Shown: positions 1 to 8,883 of the stretch, piece by piece | Position numbering within the stretch: position 1 is the stretch's first letter | Layout: the number at the start of each line of letters is the position of its first letter | From: Patescibacteria group bacterium | Lineage (GTDB): Bacteria > Patescibacteriota > UBA1384 > XYA2-FULL-43-10 | NCBI GenBank assembly: GCA_041674405.1 | Contig: JBAYVT010000001.1 | Location: forward strand, 210,001-242,000 | DNA length: 32,000 nt | Reading direction: 5' to 3' | The notes under the pieces: model-generated | What the model was told of the DNA's origin: nothing | Database searches by the model: none | Seen by the model: only the letters and a program-made list of their open reading frames with translations | Translations under genes and position numbers: made by a program

Positions 1-238
1 CTTCTAATTTTTCGAGCCGGTCATAGTAATCAGGATACTCATTAAGATGCGCCAAAGCGATTTTTCCGGTTACAAGAGAATCATCACTGGTTACATTCGT
101 GGCTTCATCGCGATTGCCATGTTCTAATTCAACACCCATCCCCTTGCGATACTGCTCAATATCAAAACGCGACCAATCGATGCCCAATCTTTCTCCAATT
201 TCTTTTGCCTCTTCCGCAGAAAATGATTCCTTTGGCAT
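1..238 (-). CDS. small conserved hypothetical protein (DUF5661-like), 3' end cut by window edge
   Basis: Frame is open from the window edge to ATG at 236-238, preceded by an AAGGAG SD (rc of about 244-249). Translation is MPKESFSAEEAKEIGERLGIDWSRFDIEQYRKGMGVELEHGNRDEATNVTSDDSLVTGKIALAHLNEYPDYYDRLEKLE. The family name is from memory only. Confidence 0.5.
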   Translation of the reverse strand, partial: MPKESFSAEEAKEIGERLGIDWSRFDIEQYRKGMGVELEHGNRDEATNVTSDDSLVTGKIALAHLNEYPDYYDRLEKLE

Positions 239-264
239 AATTTCTCCTTCATGGACTTTATAAA

Positions 265-840
265 CTATTTAAATAATATCATATGAAGATTTGACCAATT
301 TGAGACTATTAATGATATTAAAATAATATTGGCAACAGGAAAAATAATTAGATTTTCAAACCAATGCCCGGTTTCGATTCTGATTCCATCAAATGGCTTA
401 GGCGGAATGCCGAAAAAGCGTTTCCAAGGATAGAACAATGGGATTCCCTCAACCGTAAACATGTCGGCTAAAAGATGGGCCAGATAAGCAAGCCCAAAAG
501 CTATGATGACCGGAGCCGGTAAAACACCCCAATACAAGGGAAGCGAATTCAGCAGTAAAATTATCAAAATATTAAAGATTGCATAACCAAGAATTGAGTG
601 TGTGATATTACGATGTTTGATAAACGGATCAACTAGATGGCCAACCGCGTGCCCTGAACCAAATGGTAATTTATCCCAAATTTCCGAAGCCGGCTGGTCG
701 ATATCAGGCAAAAGCGCACCAAAATAAGAGAACAATAAAACCGCTGCAAATGTCGCCGGCATATAGCTAGCATCTTGCATTGCAATAAAGCTTCCCATTC
801 CTATTGTGATACCAATTGCTTTATGGGTTTTTCCGGTCAT
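265..840 (-). CDS. membrane-bound metal-dependent hydrolase (YdjM/DUF457-like)
   Basis: 191-aa polytopic ORF with conserved His motifs (GKTHKAIG, HAVGH, NITHS, AHLLAD) typical of the YdjM family. Confidence 0.7.
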   Translation of the reverse strand: MTGKTHKAIGITIGMGSFIAMQDASYMPATFAAVLLFSYFGALLPDIDQPASEIWDKLPFGSGHAVGHLVDPFIKHRNITHSILGYAIFNILIILLLNSLPLYWGVLPAPVIIAFGLAYLAHLLADMFTVEGIPLFYPWKRFFGIPPKPFDGIRIETGHWFENLIIFPVANIILISLIVSNWSNLHMILFK

Positions 841-920
841 TTACATCCCAAATAAATAATATGGAAACAATCCAGCATTCCCGATAAAATAGATTATGAG
901 AAAATTATATCAAACCTTTT

Positions 921-1595
921 ATGAGACAGAAATTACTCCGAAAATATTCAATTATTATTATTGCGATAGCCGCCACGCTTTTAGCAATTTTGATCTACCT
1001 TGTGTACTATCATCCAATTTCACACATTGATATTGCCTTTTCCCGAGATTTGCAATCGGAAGGTGACACAGGTTTGAGCCGAACGCTTTTTTTTAGCATA
1101 TTTAGGTCCATCAGCTTTTTGGGGATACCAGTCGTTGCCGGAGTTATGATTGTGCTTTCTGCTCTCTTATTCTGGTTTTTCGGCTATTTCCGTGAATCAA
1201 TTTATATATTGATAACTGTTGTCGGTACTCCAATTGAAGAACTAGCAAAACTGATCATCGGCCGGCCGCGGCCTCCAGCTGATGTCGTCAAAATAATCGA
1301 CCAGCAATCCTCTCCGAGTTTCCCTAGTGGGCACGTAGTTTTCTTTACAATTTTTTTCGGATTTTTGATAGCTGCGATGATTATAAATAAAAAAATAAAA
1401 CTCTGGATTAGAGTTGCATTAGCATCAATTTCTACAATTTTGGTGGTTTTAGTTTCTTTTTCGCGGGTTTATCTCGGATCACATTGGATATCCGACGTTA
1501 TCGGAGGCTACCTTGTAGGAATAATCATACTTTGTATGATTTTGTATTTTTATCTAAAACCAATATTTAAAATATCTGACCGAATTAAAATTTAG
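921..1595 (+). CDS. PAP2 family phosphatase (undecaprenyl-diphosphatase-like)
   Basis: All three PAP2 motifs are present: KLIIGRPRP (KX6RP), PSGH and SRVYLGSHWISDV (SRX5HX3D). Multiple TM helices. Confidence 0.85.
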   Translation: MRQKLLRKYSIIIIAIAATLLAILIYLVYYHPISHIDIAFSRDLQSEGDTGLSRTLFFSIFRSISFLGIPVVAGVMIVLSALLFWFFGYFRESIYILITVVGTPIEELAKLIIGRPRPPADVVKIIDQQSSPSFPSGHVVFFTIFFGFLIAAMIINKKIKLWIRVALASISTILVVLVSFSRVYLGSHWISDVIGGYLVGIIILCMILYFYLKPIFKISDRIKI

Positions 1596-2316
1596 CTAAA
1601 ATAAAAGCAGCCAGAAATCCTAAAACGGTAATTATTCCGATCGAAAATCCACCCTCCTCATATGCTTCCGGCATCATCGTGTCCGCTAACATGGCGAGAA
1701 TTGCACCGGCCGCAAACGCTTCGATAATACCAATGTTGTTCGGATCGATGTCGGTAAGAAATATGTAACTCAATATTGTTATCACTAGAGTTGTGATCGC
1801 TACGATCGCCCAGGTGGTGAATATTTTTTTGTTGGAATAGCCCTCTTTCTTAAGCCCAGTAATGGATGAAATTCCCTCCGGGAAGTTGGATATAACGATC
1901 GCCATTGCCATCAGGAAGCCCCTGCCATGCCCCGCAAACAAAGATATGCCGAGAGCTGCCGATTCGGGTATTCCATCCAGAATTGCCCCCAGAGTGATTG
2001 CGCGGCCATTGGTTATTGCACCAGTCTCGATCATTTTTCTTCGTTTGTGATTACGTCCTCCGTAAAAATGAAGTAAATAATCCCCAAGAACATATGCCAA
2101 GCCACCGATAAGAAAGCCGATGGTTACAGCATCAAAACCACCAAAAGAAAAGGCGTCTTCCATTAGCCCAAAGGTGAGGGCGCAAACCAAAACCCCGGCA
2201 CCAAATGCCATGAAACGAGCTATTACCCGTTGTGAGAAATTAAAATATATGCCGACAGCTGCCCCACCGACGAGTGCAAGTCCAGAAATTGCTCCATATA
2301 AAACTGCATATTCCAT
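1585..2316 (-). CDS. ZIP family metal (zinc) transporter
   Basis: 243-aa polytopic membrane protein with LDGIPES and SNFPEG motifs and a His/Arg-rich loop (GGRNHKRRK), as in ZupT/GufA-like ZIP proteins. Confidence 0.8.
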   Translation of the reverse strand: MEYAVLYGAISGLALVGGAAVGIYFNFSQRVIARFMAFGAGVLVCALTFGLMEDAFSFGGFDAVTIGFLIGGLAYVLGDYLLHFYGGRNHKRRKMIETGAITNGRAITLGAILDGIPESAALGISLFAGHGRGFLMAMAIVISNFPEGISSITGLKKEGYSNKKIFTTWAIVAITTLVITILSYIFLTDIDPNNIGIIEAFAAGAILAMLADTMMPEAYEEGGFSIGIITVLGFLAAFILAKF

Positions 2317-2322
2317 AAAAAT

Positions 2323-2331
2323 ATTTTATCA
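2323..2331 (-). promoter_or_regulatory. extended -10 promoter (TGATAAAAT) for a possibly leaderless ZIP mRNA
   Basis: Minus strand reads tttGATAAAATatttttATG. The -10 ends 7 nt before the A of the start codon. No SD is present and there is no room for another promoter after the upstream terminator. Confidence 0.35.
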
Positions 2332-2340
2332 AATTTAGCC

Positions 2341-2379
2341 ATTAAAAAGAAACTCCCGCCCCCGGAAACCGGGGACGGG
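2341..2379 (-). terminator. intrinsic terminator of the GC-rich unit
   Basis: Hairpin cccgcccccgg-aaa-ccggggacggg (2355-2379). On the minus strand it is followed by aGTTTCTTTTT. Confidence 0.65.
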
Positions 2380-2403
2380 TGACGAAATTCGCGGGGACTC
2401 GGC

Positions 2404-2634
2404 CTAGAGGCCGGCAATCCCATTCGCCATTGCTGGCGAGAGGATGGTGTTGCCAGAGGATGACGCTTCGACGGAAGTTCCGCCACGCCATCGCTCTCCG
2501 GCAATGTGTTGGCCAACCCACATCGCGTGGGCAGCCTGCTGCTGCGGAGTGGGAGGGGAGCAAACCACGGCTCCCTTCGACCTCTGTCGGCGGAAGTACT
2601 CCTCCGCCTCTTCCCAAGCAGGGAAAATCAACAT
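2404..2634 (-). CDS. candidate 76-aa GC-rich orphan ORF (alternatively part of a structured ncRNA)
   Basis: ATG at 2634 is preceded by GGAGGTG with a 5-nt spacer. It sits 28 nt downstream of the predicted TSS, and the stop TAG lies 25 nt before the terminator. Product is MLIFPAWEEAEEYFRRQRSKGAVVCSPPTPQQQAAHAMWVGQHIAGERWRGG... with no family recognised. Five ORFs overlap here, so an open frame alone is weak evidence. Confidence 0.35.
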   Translation of the reverse strand: MLIFPAWEEAEEYFRRQRSKGAVVCSPPTPQQQAAHAMWVGQHIAGERWRGGTSVEASSSGNTILSPAMANGIAGL

Positions 2635-2668
2635 ATGCCACCTCCAGCGGAAGAGTAGTAACAAAAAT

Positions 2669-2697
2669 ACTCTACAATATATATTGTGATTTGTCAA
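2669..2697 (-). promoter_or_regulatory. sigma70-like promoter TTGACA-17-TAGAGT with a 14-nt palindrome in the spacer
   Basis: -35 is the rc of 2692-2697 and -10 is the rc of 2669-2674, with an exact 17-nt spacer. The spacer contains the perfect palindrome ACAATATATATTGT (2675-2688). Confidence 0.45.
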
Positions 2698-2863
2698 TAT
2701 TAAGGCAACAATATTTTTATTAATAATAAAGGCACAATAGAACGATAAAACAAAAAGTTATCCACAAAAATTGTAGAACGCAGGGATTAAACTACCACCA
2801 TCAATCAAAGAATAAATATTCCCTATTGCATAAAAATGAAGATATTAAACTGGAACTCGTTCG

Positions 2864-5800
2864 CTATGGATTTGTAACTGTGATAGGAGTAGTTGCAGAA
2901 GCAGTCACCCCAGCACTATCTTGGACTGTCACTTTGGCAGTATAGGTGCCGGCTGCAGTATATGTACAGACCCCGGATAGGGTTGGAGTGTCCTTAAGCA
3001 CTCTGACTGGAGTAGTGTTGCCAATCTTACAGTAGTAGGAGTAGGTCTTAGTGCCTGTGGCGCCACCGGTGACATTTGAGGTAAGGGCAACTGTTTGAGT
3101 ATTGTTTACAATCAAAGAGCTGGGAGTTGCATTGAGCGTTACGGCGAGAGATGCGGGAGGAGCAGCTGCTTGCGTTGTACAACGTATTGTCGTCGTCGCC
3201 ATTCTACCTGTAAGAATGTTGATTCCTGTTGGACGAGAGTTGACACACAATTTTCCAGTACCTCGCTGCCGAATTGAACTAATTAACTGGCTACCAGATG
3301 GGATATTTCGAATTATGAAGTAGCCTTGACCGTTTGTGATTGCGGCTTTCGGACCAATTTGGATGACGTAATTGGCGAGAATTGTTGAATCACTGGCGCT
3401 ACGCAGCGTCCCCTGGACCGATCCTAAATTTGTGATGTGTAGGGCTGCTAAAGCACTATCTGCCCAATTATTTAAGGTTTGAATGGCGGAAACTACGGTC
3501 GCCCGTACTGAGCTTATTACGGGAGCTAGAATTCTTTGATACTGAATACTTACTTTTTGAGATAACGGCAGTTTGTCGTAAGTACTCTGGATCCAAGAAC
3601 CATTAGAAATCTGGGCGTAGGTATATGGGATGCCGGTGACGCTTCCGCCAACCGATTTGAACACCTGGCCATCATCCGGGTCAACCCTACCGACATTGTC
3701 AGCAAACCATTGCCACATATACTTCATAATATTTTGGCACGTACCAGTAGTATGGTCTCTAATAATCCCATGAAGCCGTCCGTGCTGCATGAAATAAGCC
3801 CAGTAAAAGCTTGCAAAGAATTCATTATCATTGTCCCACGGGTGTCCTCCTGTATCCCCAGGCATCAGCTCAACATTCGAATCCGTTATCGCTCCCATCA
3901 CACAACCTTTATCCGGTCCAGCCATAACCCGGTTGTAAAGATCGTTCCATGGTGCATATATACTTGGAGTTGAATTCCTAATTTTCTCATTAACAGCGTG
4001 GCCGTACTCATGGGCGATGGTAGCGCCAACATCAGCACCGGTCGGGTCTGAAGCCAGTGAAAAGTCTAAAAGCTCGGTAGAAAAAATGATCGGCTTCACG
4101 TCTTTGCCAATTTTAGCGCAATTCCACATGCCGTTCCACTGGTATCCTTCAATTTTTCCCATTGGCAGGAAGCCAATCACAACAGGGCGGACATCCTTAG
4201 ATTGTGACTTTAACCTACGGAGTGATTGTGCCGCTTCATCGAAAATTGAGCTATGCTGCCCATATATAGTCTTGGGCTTGAATATCATATAAATACCATC
4301 GCCGTAATCTTTTAATAAACTGTTGTCATCAGGGCTGCAAAGGTCTTCGACATCACCGAGACGAGTCCAGTTATCATAGCCTGGAGTAAATTCTACCGGC
4401 GGGGACTTGGCGTTGTGCTTATTTATTCCCACGCGGTATGTGCCAGCGCTTGTCGGAACAAATTTGGCTGTTTCTTCTCCAAAATCATTGACGGCCAGAA
4501 AAGCCTTGTCGGCTGTCTTTGACCACGATCCGTCGGCAGTTTTCTTTTCCAGATAAAGGTCAGTATAATCGCAATCCTTGAAGTAGTCGTAGTTATAGAC
4601 ATATATTCCCGCCTGAGCTTCCAGGGCGGGGGCCTTTTGAAGAGTTAGGACGATGACCTTTGGTTGTTGTGTTTCGACGTCTTTTTCGACCACGGCGGTT
4701 GTATGTAGGAGTTTATATCCCTGTTTCAACACCATGAGATCCAGCGGCTGTCCCTCGGCAAACCCTTGAGGCACAATCCCGGCAGGGGGAGAAATTGGCG
4801 TCCTGTTGGGCTGCAAATAGCTCGAATAACTCTCGTAAAGGCTAAAATCGTTTTTTAATTTTAAATCGAGACCAGAAGACGATGTTCCAATGTAAGCGGC
4901 ATCTGTGAATCCGAGATTGGAAAAATAGTAGTTGTTAAGCTTATTTACCACAGTGGCCCCCGCAATTCTTTTACCACTCTCGTCAATAACTTTAATCGGT
5001 ACGGGCGAAAACTCAGATTGGCCGGTGTCTAATAGCATCAATAGATTCCTGGCGGCAAAATCTTTCTGTTGATCGAGGGTCAGCGAAAAATAATTTTGCG
5101 GTATTGTGAAACTTTGGGTTTTGGAAGCGCCATTTTTTGTTGCTTTGGCAGTATAGGTTTTCCCTAATTCAAACGAAAAATTTGCCTTCCCTAACCAGTC
5201 GGTAATTTTTGTTTGAACGACACCTTGGCCGTTTAGCGTAACTTCGGCGTCACCGATGGCTTTAAGTGTTTTGGAGTCAGCCACCATAATCGAGGCCGGT
5301 AGACCTGATGTTATATATTTTTGCAAAGAAAGTGTAATAGAAATCTTGCCCGTAAGTCCTACATCAAGCGTGATACGGCTTGAAGAGTTTTGCAGATATC
5401 CAGTTTTGAAGGCATCAACAGTCAGGACACCGGTGACATTTGTAAAGGATGCATACCCAGAAGTGTCAGTATTTTTCGATATAGGATTTTCGTCAGAAAT
5501 ATTCCTTCGCACATTAACCTGAGCAGCGACGATTGGTTTACTATCTTGATCCAAAACCTGAACTTTTATTTCGCGATCAAGTGTCTGCGCCCTTTGCAAA
5601 TTTACAATAGTTTCGTCTCCTCGCGTGTTGGGATAGCCAATAAAATCGTAGTAACCCACCTTTGTGACCTTGATCATCGGTACTGGAGCACATCCGTGAA
5701 ACTTCCACGCCAAATAATCGAAAATATCCTGGCTGTAAAAGTACGCTTTTCCCTGGGGATCCGTTATCTTGGAGGGCACATTCAGGTAGCTACATCCACG

Positions 5801-7612
5801 ATCAAAGACGGTCACTTGAGCGCCGAGCACGGGGGAGGTTGGGTAAGTTCCGTCTTTCACTGCCACCTTGATGCCAAGATAATATATATCAAGCGATAGA
5901 TCAGGAAGAGTGATTACGCCGTTTATAATCTCCGACTTCCTGAAGATTCTAATAGAGTCAGTATTATTTAGAAATTTCAAATATCCCGGAATCGTATAGG
6001 TTACTTTGTAGCTATCGGAGCTAATGGGAATATCTGCAATCTTGTAATTCGCGCCGTTGTTTGCATCAATCGAAGCCGCTTGAGATGTTGTGTTAAAGTG
6101 CTTATCGGTGCCAGAAAGCTGGATATCAACTCCAATTCCGCTAATTAATTCTCCAGTACCTTTCATCACAACTCTGCCTTGTGCCTTAAAGGTATTGGGC
6201 TCTGTTGCGGCGGGATCCGCTACGACTTGAGCGACTGCGGTCGCTCCGAGAACATCCCTCTCAATAATAACTTTGGGCTTAAACGTACCGCTGTCCGTAT
6301 AGGTATGGCTGACCGTTTTGGTCAAATCCGTGACATTATCAAATTTAACCCCATATCTAGAATCAGCCGGATCACCGCAAACAGTAATAATACTGCTGAT
6401 AAAATTGCCCTGATTGTCACAATTCCACCAAAAAGTATAGTTCAAAGTCCCTGTAGCGGTCCCGGAAGCGGTTGCGGTCAATGTATCAGACAAAGGCGCC
6501 GTTCCTGAAGTTGGGGTGGCAGTCAATGTAGCATTGAGTGTGGGGGTTGTTGGATTTGGTGTTGGATCCGAGACCGTAACATTTACCGAACCAGAACCAG
6601 AACCGGCGGAGCTCGTGCAAGTCAGAGAATATATTGTGGTAGCCAAGGGAGAGATATTTGCACTGCCACTCAATGTATTATTCCACCACCCGCTTGGCGA
6701 TGCGGTACATAGACTGAGTGTTGCATTTGTTATTGTCCAAGTTAGTGATGTAGTTGTGCCCCTCTGCATCGTTACGGCGCTGGCACCGCCCGCTGTCTTA
6801 AGATTTACAATTGGCTTCGGAGAAGCCGTGCTTGCCATTATGAAATTTGCTTCCGAAGTAGCCCCGGAAGAAATAGTAACGGAACGGCTGGTGGGCTGAG
6901 AATTATATCCGGCCTTGTAGGCAGTCACAGTGTAATTACCGACAGGAATGTCTGAAATAGAATAATTGTAGAGCGTAGTACCGGAAGTAGTTGCAGTTTT
7001 GACGACAGTGGTTTGCAAGATATTTACCACATCGTTGGATCCCAGAACATTAATAGTTACACCATCCAGATTCTTTTGAACACCATCGACGTAAGATGTT
7101 ACTTGCCCATGCAATATTCCCATATTTGCGGAACAGGTAGCTGGGTCGACTTTTCCAACTTTAATAGTTGCGCTATTTCCGTATGTTCCCGGATCGTGCG
7201 TGCCCCAGGTGCCTTCCGGCGGTGGGCTATTATTCCATGCGCCGCTTTCATAGCCTAAAAAACCATAATTGGTCACTGACCAAACTCTCTGTCCTGACCA
7301 AGGATAATCGATAAGATTGATAGTGTGATTACTGTCCATTCGGTAATATACCCCCGGATTTCCTTCCGAGGTGTCGTTCGTCCCCGTATATGTATAATAC
7401 CCGTTAAATTCCGCTCTGCCGGCATTACATACTGTATATGTTTGTGGCCAAGCAGCTATTGTATCGGCCTTGATATGAAGAACATTAGCTAGCTTAGGAA
7501 AATATCCGAATTTGGCGGCTGCAATGGAGCCGGAAGCAAGAAGGACAAATACAAAAAGACCGGCGTAAAGTATTAGCTTGCGTTTTGAGATTTGTTTCAG
7601 GCGTTCGAACAT
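2864..7612 (-). CDS. giant secreted/surface multidomain protein with a zinc-metalloprotease HEXXH core
   Basis: 1582-aa ORF with a GAGGGG SD. It has an N-terminal signal anchor (LILYAGLFVFVLLASGSIAAA) and repeated carboxypeptidase-regulatory-like and Ig-like beta modules. PKD-like modules occur near both ends (TLNYTFWWNCDN..., TKTYSYYCKIG...). The HEXXH motif is ATIAHEYGHAV. Confidence 0.85.
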   Translation of the reverse strand: MFERLKQISKRKLILYAGLFVFVLLASGSIAAAKFGYFPKLANVLHIKADTIAAWPQTYTVCNAGRAEFNGYYTYTGTNDTSEGNPGVYYRMDSNHTINLIDYPWSGQRVWSVTNYGFLGYESGAWNNSPPPEGTWGTHDPGTYGNSATIKVGKVDPATCSANMGILHGQVTSYVDGVQKNLDGVTINVLGSNDVVNILQTTVVKTATTSGTTLYNYSISDIPVGNYTVTAYKAGYNSQPTSRSVTISSGATSEANFIMASTASPKPIVNLKTAGGASAVTMQRGTTTSLTWTITNATLSLCTASPSGWWNNTLSGSANISPLATTIYSLTCTSSAGSGSGSVNVTVSDPTPNPTTPTLNATLTATPTSGTAPLSDTLTATASGTATGTLNYTFWWNCDNQGNFISSIITVCGDPADSRYGVKFDNVTDLTKTVSHTYTDSGTFKPKVIIERDVLGATAVAQVVADPAATEPNTFKAQGRVVMKGTGELISGIGVDIQLSGTDKHFNTTSQAASIDANNGANYKIADIPISSDSYKVTYTIPGYLKFLNNTDSIRIFRKSEIINGVITLPDLSLDIYYLGIKVAVKDGTYPTSPVLGAQVTVFDRGCSYLNVPSKITDPQGKAYFYSQDIFDYLAWKFHGCAPVPMIKVTKVGYYDFIGYPNTRGDETIVNLQRAQTLDREIKVQVLDQDSKPIVAAQVNVRRNISDENPISKNTDTSGYASFTNVTGVLTVDAFKTGYLQNSSSRITLDVGLTGKISITLSLQKYITSGLPASIMVADSKTLKAIGDAEVTLNGQGVVQTKITDWLGKANFSFELGKTYTAKATKNGASKTQSFTIPQNYFSLTLDQQKDFAARNLLMLLDTGQSEFSPVPIKVIDESGKRIAGATVVNKLNNYYFSNLGFTDAAYIGTSSSGLDLKLKNDFSLYESYSSYLQPNRTPISPPAGIVPQGFAEGQPLDLMVLKQGYKLLHTTAVVEKDVETQQPKVIVLTLQKAPALEAQAGIYVYNYDYFKDCDYTDLYLEKKTADGSWSKTADKAFLAVNDFGEETAKFVPTSAGTYRVGINKHNAKSPPVEFTPGYDNWTRLGDVEDLCSPDDNSLLKDYGDGIYMIFKPKTIYGQHSSIFDEAAQSLRRLKSQSKDVRPVVIGFLPMGKIEGYQWNGMWNCAKIGKDVKPIIFSTELLDFSLASDPTGADVGATIAHEYGHAVNEKIRNSTPSIYAPWNDLYNRVMAGPDKGCVMGAITDSNVELMPGDTGGHPWDNDNEFFASFYWAYFMQHGRLHGIIRDHTTGTCQNIMKYMWQWFADNVGRVDPDDGQVFKSVGGSVTGIPYTYAQISNGSWIQSTYDKLPLSQKVSIQYQRILAPVISSVRATVVSAIQTLNNWADSALAALHITNLGSVQGTLRSASDSTILANYVIQIGPKAAITNGQGYFIIRNIPSGSQLISSIRQRGTGKLCVNSRPTGINILTGRMATTTIRCTTQAAAPPASLAVTLNATPSSLIVNNTQTVALTSNVTGGATGTKTYSYYCKIGNTTPVRVLKDTPTLSGVCTYTAAGTYTAKVTVQDSAGVTASATTPITVTNP

Positions 7613-7724
7613 ATCCCCTCAAACTTAAAATCAGCTGAACCGTGATTCTATATGTATTATTGTAAACCCGAAATTAATATTTTGGAATAGTGGAGTATAA
7701 TTTAAAAAATCAATTGGAGAAAAA

Positions 7725-8255
7725 ATGACCAGGGAAATTGTTTTCCGAAGATTGACCAAAAAGGAATCAGAAATACTAACAAACGAAGTTAGAAACACTC
7801 CGAATATTGTGGCAGTGCCGATCAATCGCTGGAGATCATTTGATAAGATGTTCGTATTTGAAGATGAAAAAGGGATAGGCGGTGTCTGCGCCTTGGATTA
7901 TTTTGGCAAAGATTGGGCGGAAATTGCCGACTTTATTGTTCTCCCCCGCCTTCGCGGCAAAGGAATTGGCAGAAAATTGTTCGATAAAGCGTTCGGGTAT
8001 TTAAAGATTCATCAGTATAATATTTATATTGTGAGCAGAAATCCGTTAGTGATTGGGATGATGGAAAAAGCCGTTTTTAATATATATCAAAACTTTTTCC
8101 AGATGCCATGGCCGGTGATCTGGCATTCGACCAAGAAAACGTTAAATCTGGCTGTAATGACCGAATTTGTACGGAAATTATTCGTTTTCAGGAAAAAAAC
8201 ATCCTTAGTATATGGAATATTAAGAAAGGAAGATTATGGGAAAAACTTGGACTGA
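7725..8255 (+). CDS. GNAT family N-acetyltransferase
   Basis: Acetyl-CoA binding motif A is present (VLPRLRGKGIGRKLFDKA). 176 aa, with a GGAGA SD upstream. Confidence 0.8.
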   Translation: MTREIVFRRLTKKESEILTNEVRNTPNIVAVPINRWRSFDKMFVFEDEKGIGGVCALDYFGKDWAEIADFIVLPRLRGKGIGRKLFDKAFGYLKIHQYNIYIVSRNPLVIGMMEKAVFNIYQNFFQMPWPVIWHSTKKTLNLAVMTEFVRKLFVFRKKTSLVYGILRKEDYGKNLD

Positions 8256-8694
8256 AAAATTGCATGATTCAAAAGACTTGCCAAAAACGGGAAAGCTGAA
8301 CAAAAATGCCCGGATCCATTGGCATGGCGATACGATGACGGTGCCAGCACCGCTCGAGGTTGATGAAATAATGAAAAAAGTGCCGAAGGGCAAGATCATT
8401 ACGATCAATGAAATCAGGCAGAAGATCGCAAAAAAGCATGGCTCAGATATCGCCTGTCCCCTAACATGCGGGATTTTTTCCTGGATTGCTGCCCACGCCG
8501 CTGAGGAACAACGCGAAGAGGGCAAAAAGAACATCACGCCGTGGTGGAGAACATTGAAATCCGACGGATCGCTCAATCCCAAATTCCCCGGTGAATGCGA
8601 TCTTCAGAAAAAGATCCTTGAGGACGAAGGTTTTACGATCAAGAAACGAGGTAAAAAGTATTTCGTCGAAGATTTTGAAAAATATTTGGCCTAA
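8236..8694 (+). CDS. MGMT/alkyltransferase-like (ATL) family DNA-binding protein
   Basis: VPKGKIITINEIRQKIA...G....ITPWWRTLKSDGSLN resembles the MGMT DNA-binding domain, with PWWR replacing the catalytic PCHR. It overlaps the GNAT gene by 20 nt, consistent with an operon. Confidence 0.55.
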   Translation: MGKTWTEKLHDSKDLPKTGKLNKNARIHWHGDTMTVPAPLEVDEIMKKVPKGKIITINEIRQKIAKKHGSDIACPLTCGIFSWIAAHAAEEQREEGKKNITPWWRTLKSDGSLNPKFPGECDLQKKILEDEGFTIKKRGKKYFVEDFEKYLA

Positions 8695-8728
8695 ACCTTT
8701 CATCGCAACTAATTCCAATAATAGTCTC

Positions 8729-8762
8729 AAATGCTTTAATACGTGCAGTATAAAGCATTTTT
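8729..8762 (+). terminator. intrinsic terminator after the ATL-like gene
   Basis: aaatgcttta(a)tac-gtgca-gtataaagcattt hairpin followed by tt. Confidence 0.6.
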
Positions 8763-8775
8763 AACAATTTGGGGC

Positions 8776-8806
8776 TAAAAATCAAGAACCCGCCGGGGAG
8801 GGCGGG
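8776..8806 (-). terminator. intrinsic terminator of the GC-rich 388-aa gene
   Basis: cccgcc-ggggag-ggcggg hairpin (8789-8806). On the minus strand it is followed by ttcttgattttt. Confidence 0.6.
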
Positions 8807-8883
8807 AACTTGGATACTTCTTCGGAGCGTGGAGCTCCAATTTGAGATTCGTGGAAAGAGGTACCCCGAAAAGCAGGATGGAC

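Noticed and set aside
2317-2334. An 18-nt motif AAAAATATTTTATCAAAT recurs next to GC islands. A 17/18 match lies at 22396-22413 and a 12-nt core at 10167-10178. I first read it as a shared insertion target.
   Set aside because: Its reverse complement is TTTGATAAAAT, an extended -10 promoter-like element, and its core AAAATATTTT is a palindrome of pure A/T. Promoter similarity or chance in AT-rich spacers explains it more simply. A genome-wide count would be needed.
2341-2700. GC-rich structured region considered as RNase P RNA, tmRNA or SRP RNA.
   Set aside because: It has no GGAGGAAAGTCC or ACAGAACCCGG P4 strands, no tRNA-like 3' end with CCA or tag-peptide ORF, and no SRP domain IV (GGAA-capped AGCAGC motif). 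A convincing rnpB is present elsewhere at 20622-20940.
3095-7258. Numerous 60-170-aa plus-strand ORFs inside the giant gene, with similar antisense ORFs inside glyA, thrS, the ABC genes and the GC islands.
   Set aside because: They are antisense to long, motif-supported genes. They have low-complexity or nonsense-like translations and no SD or promoter.
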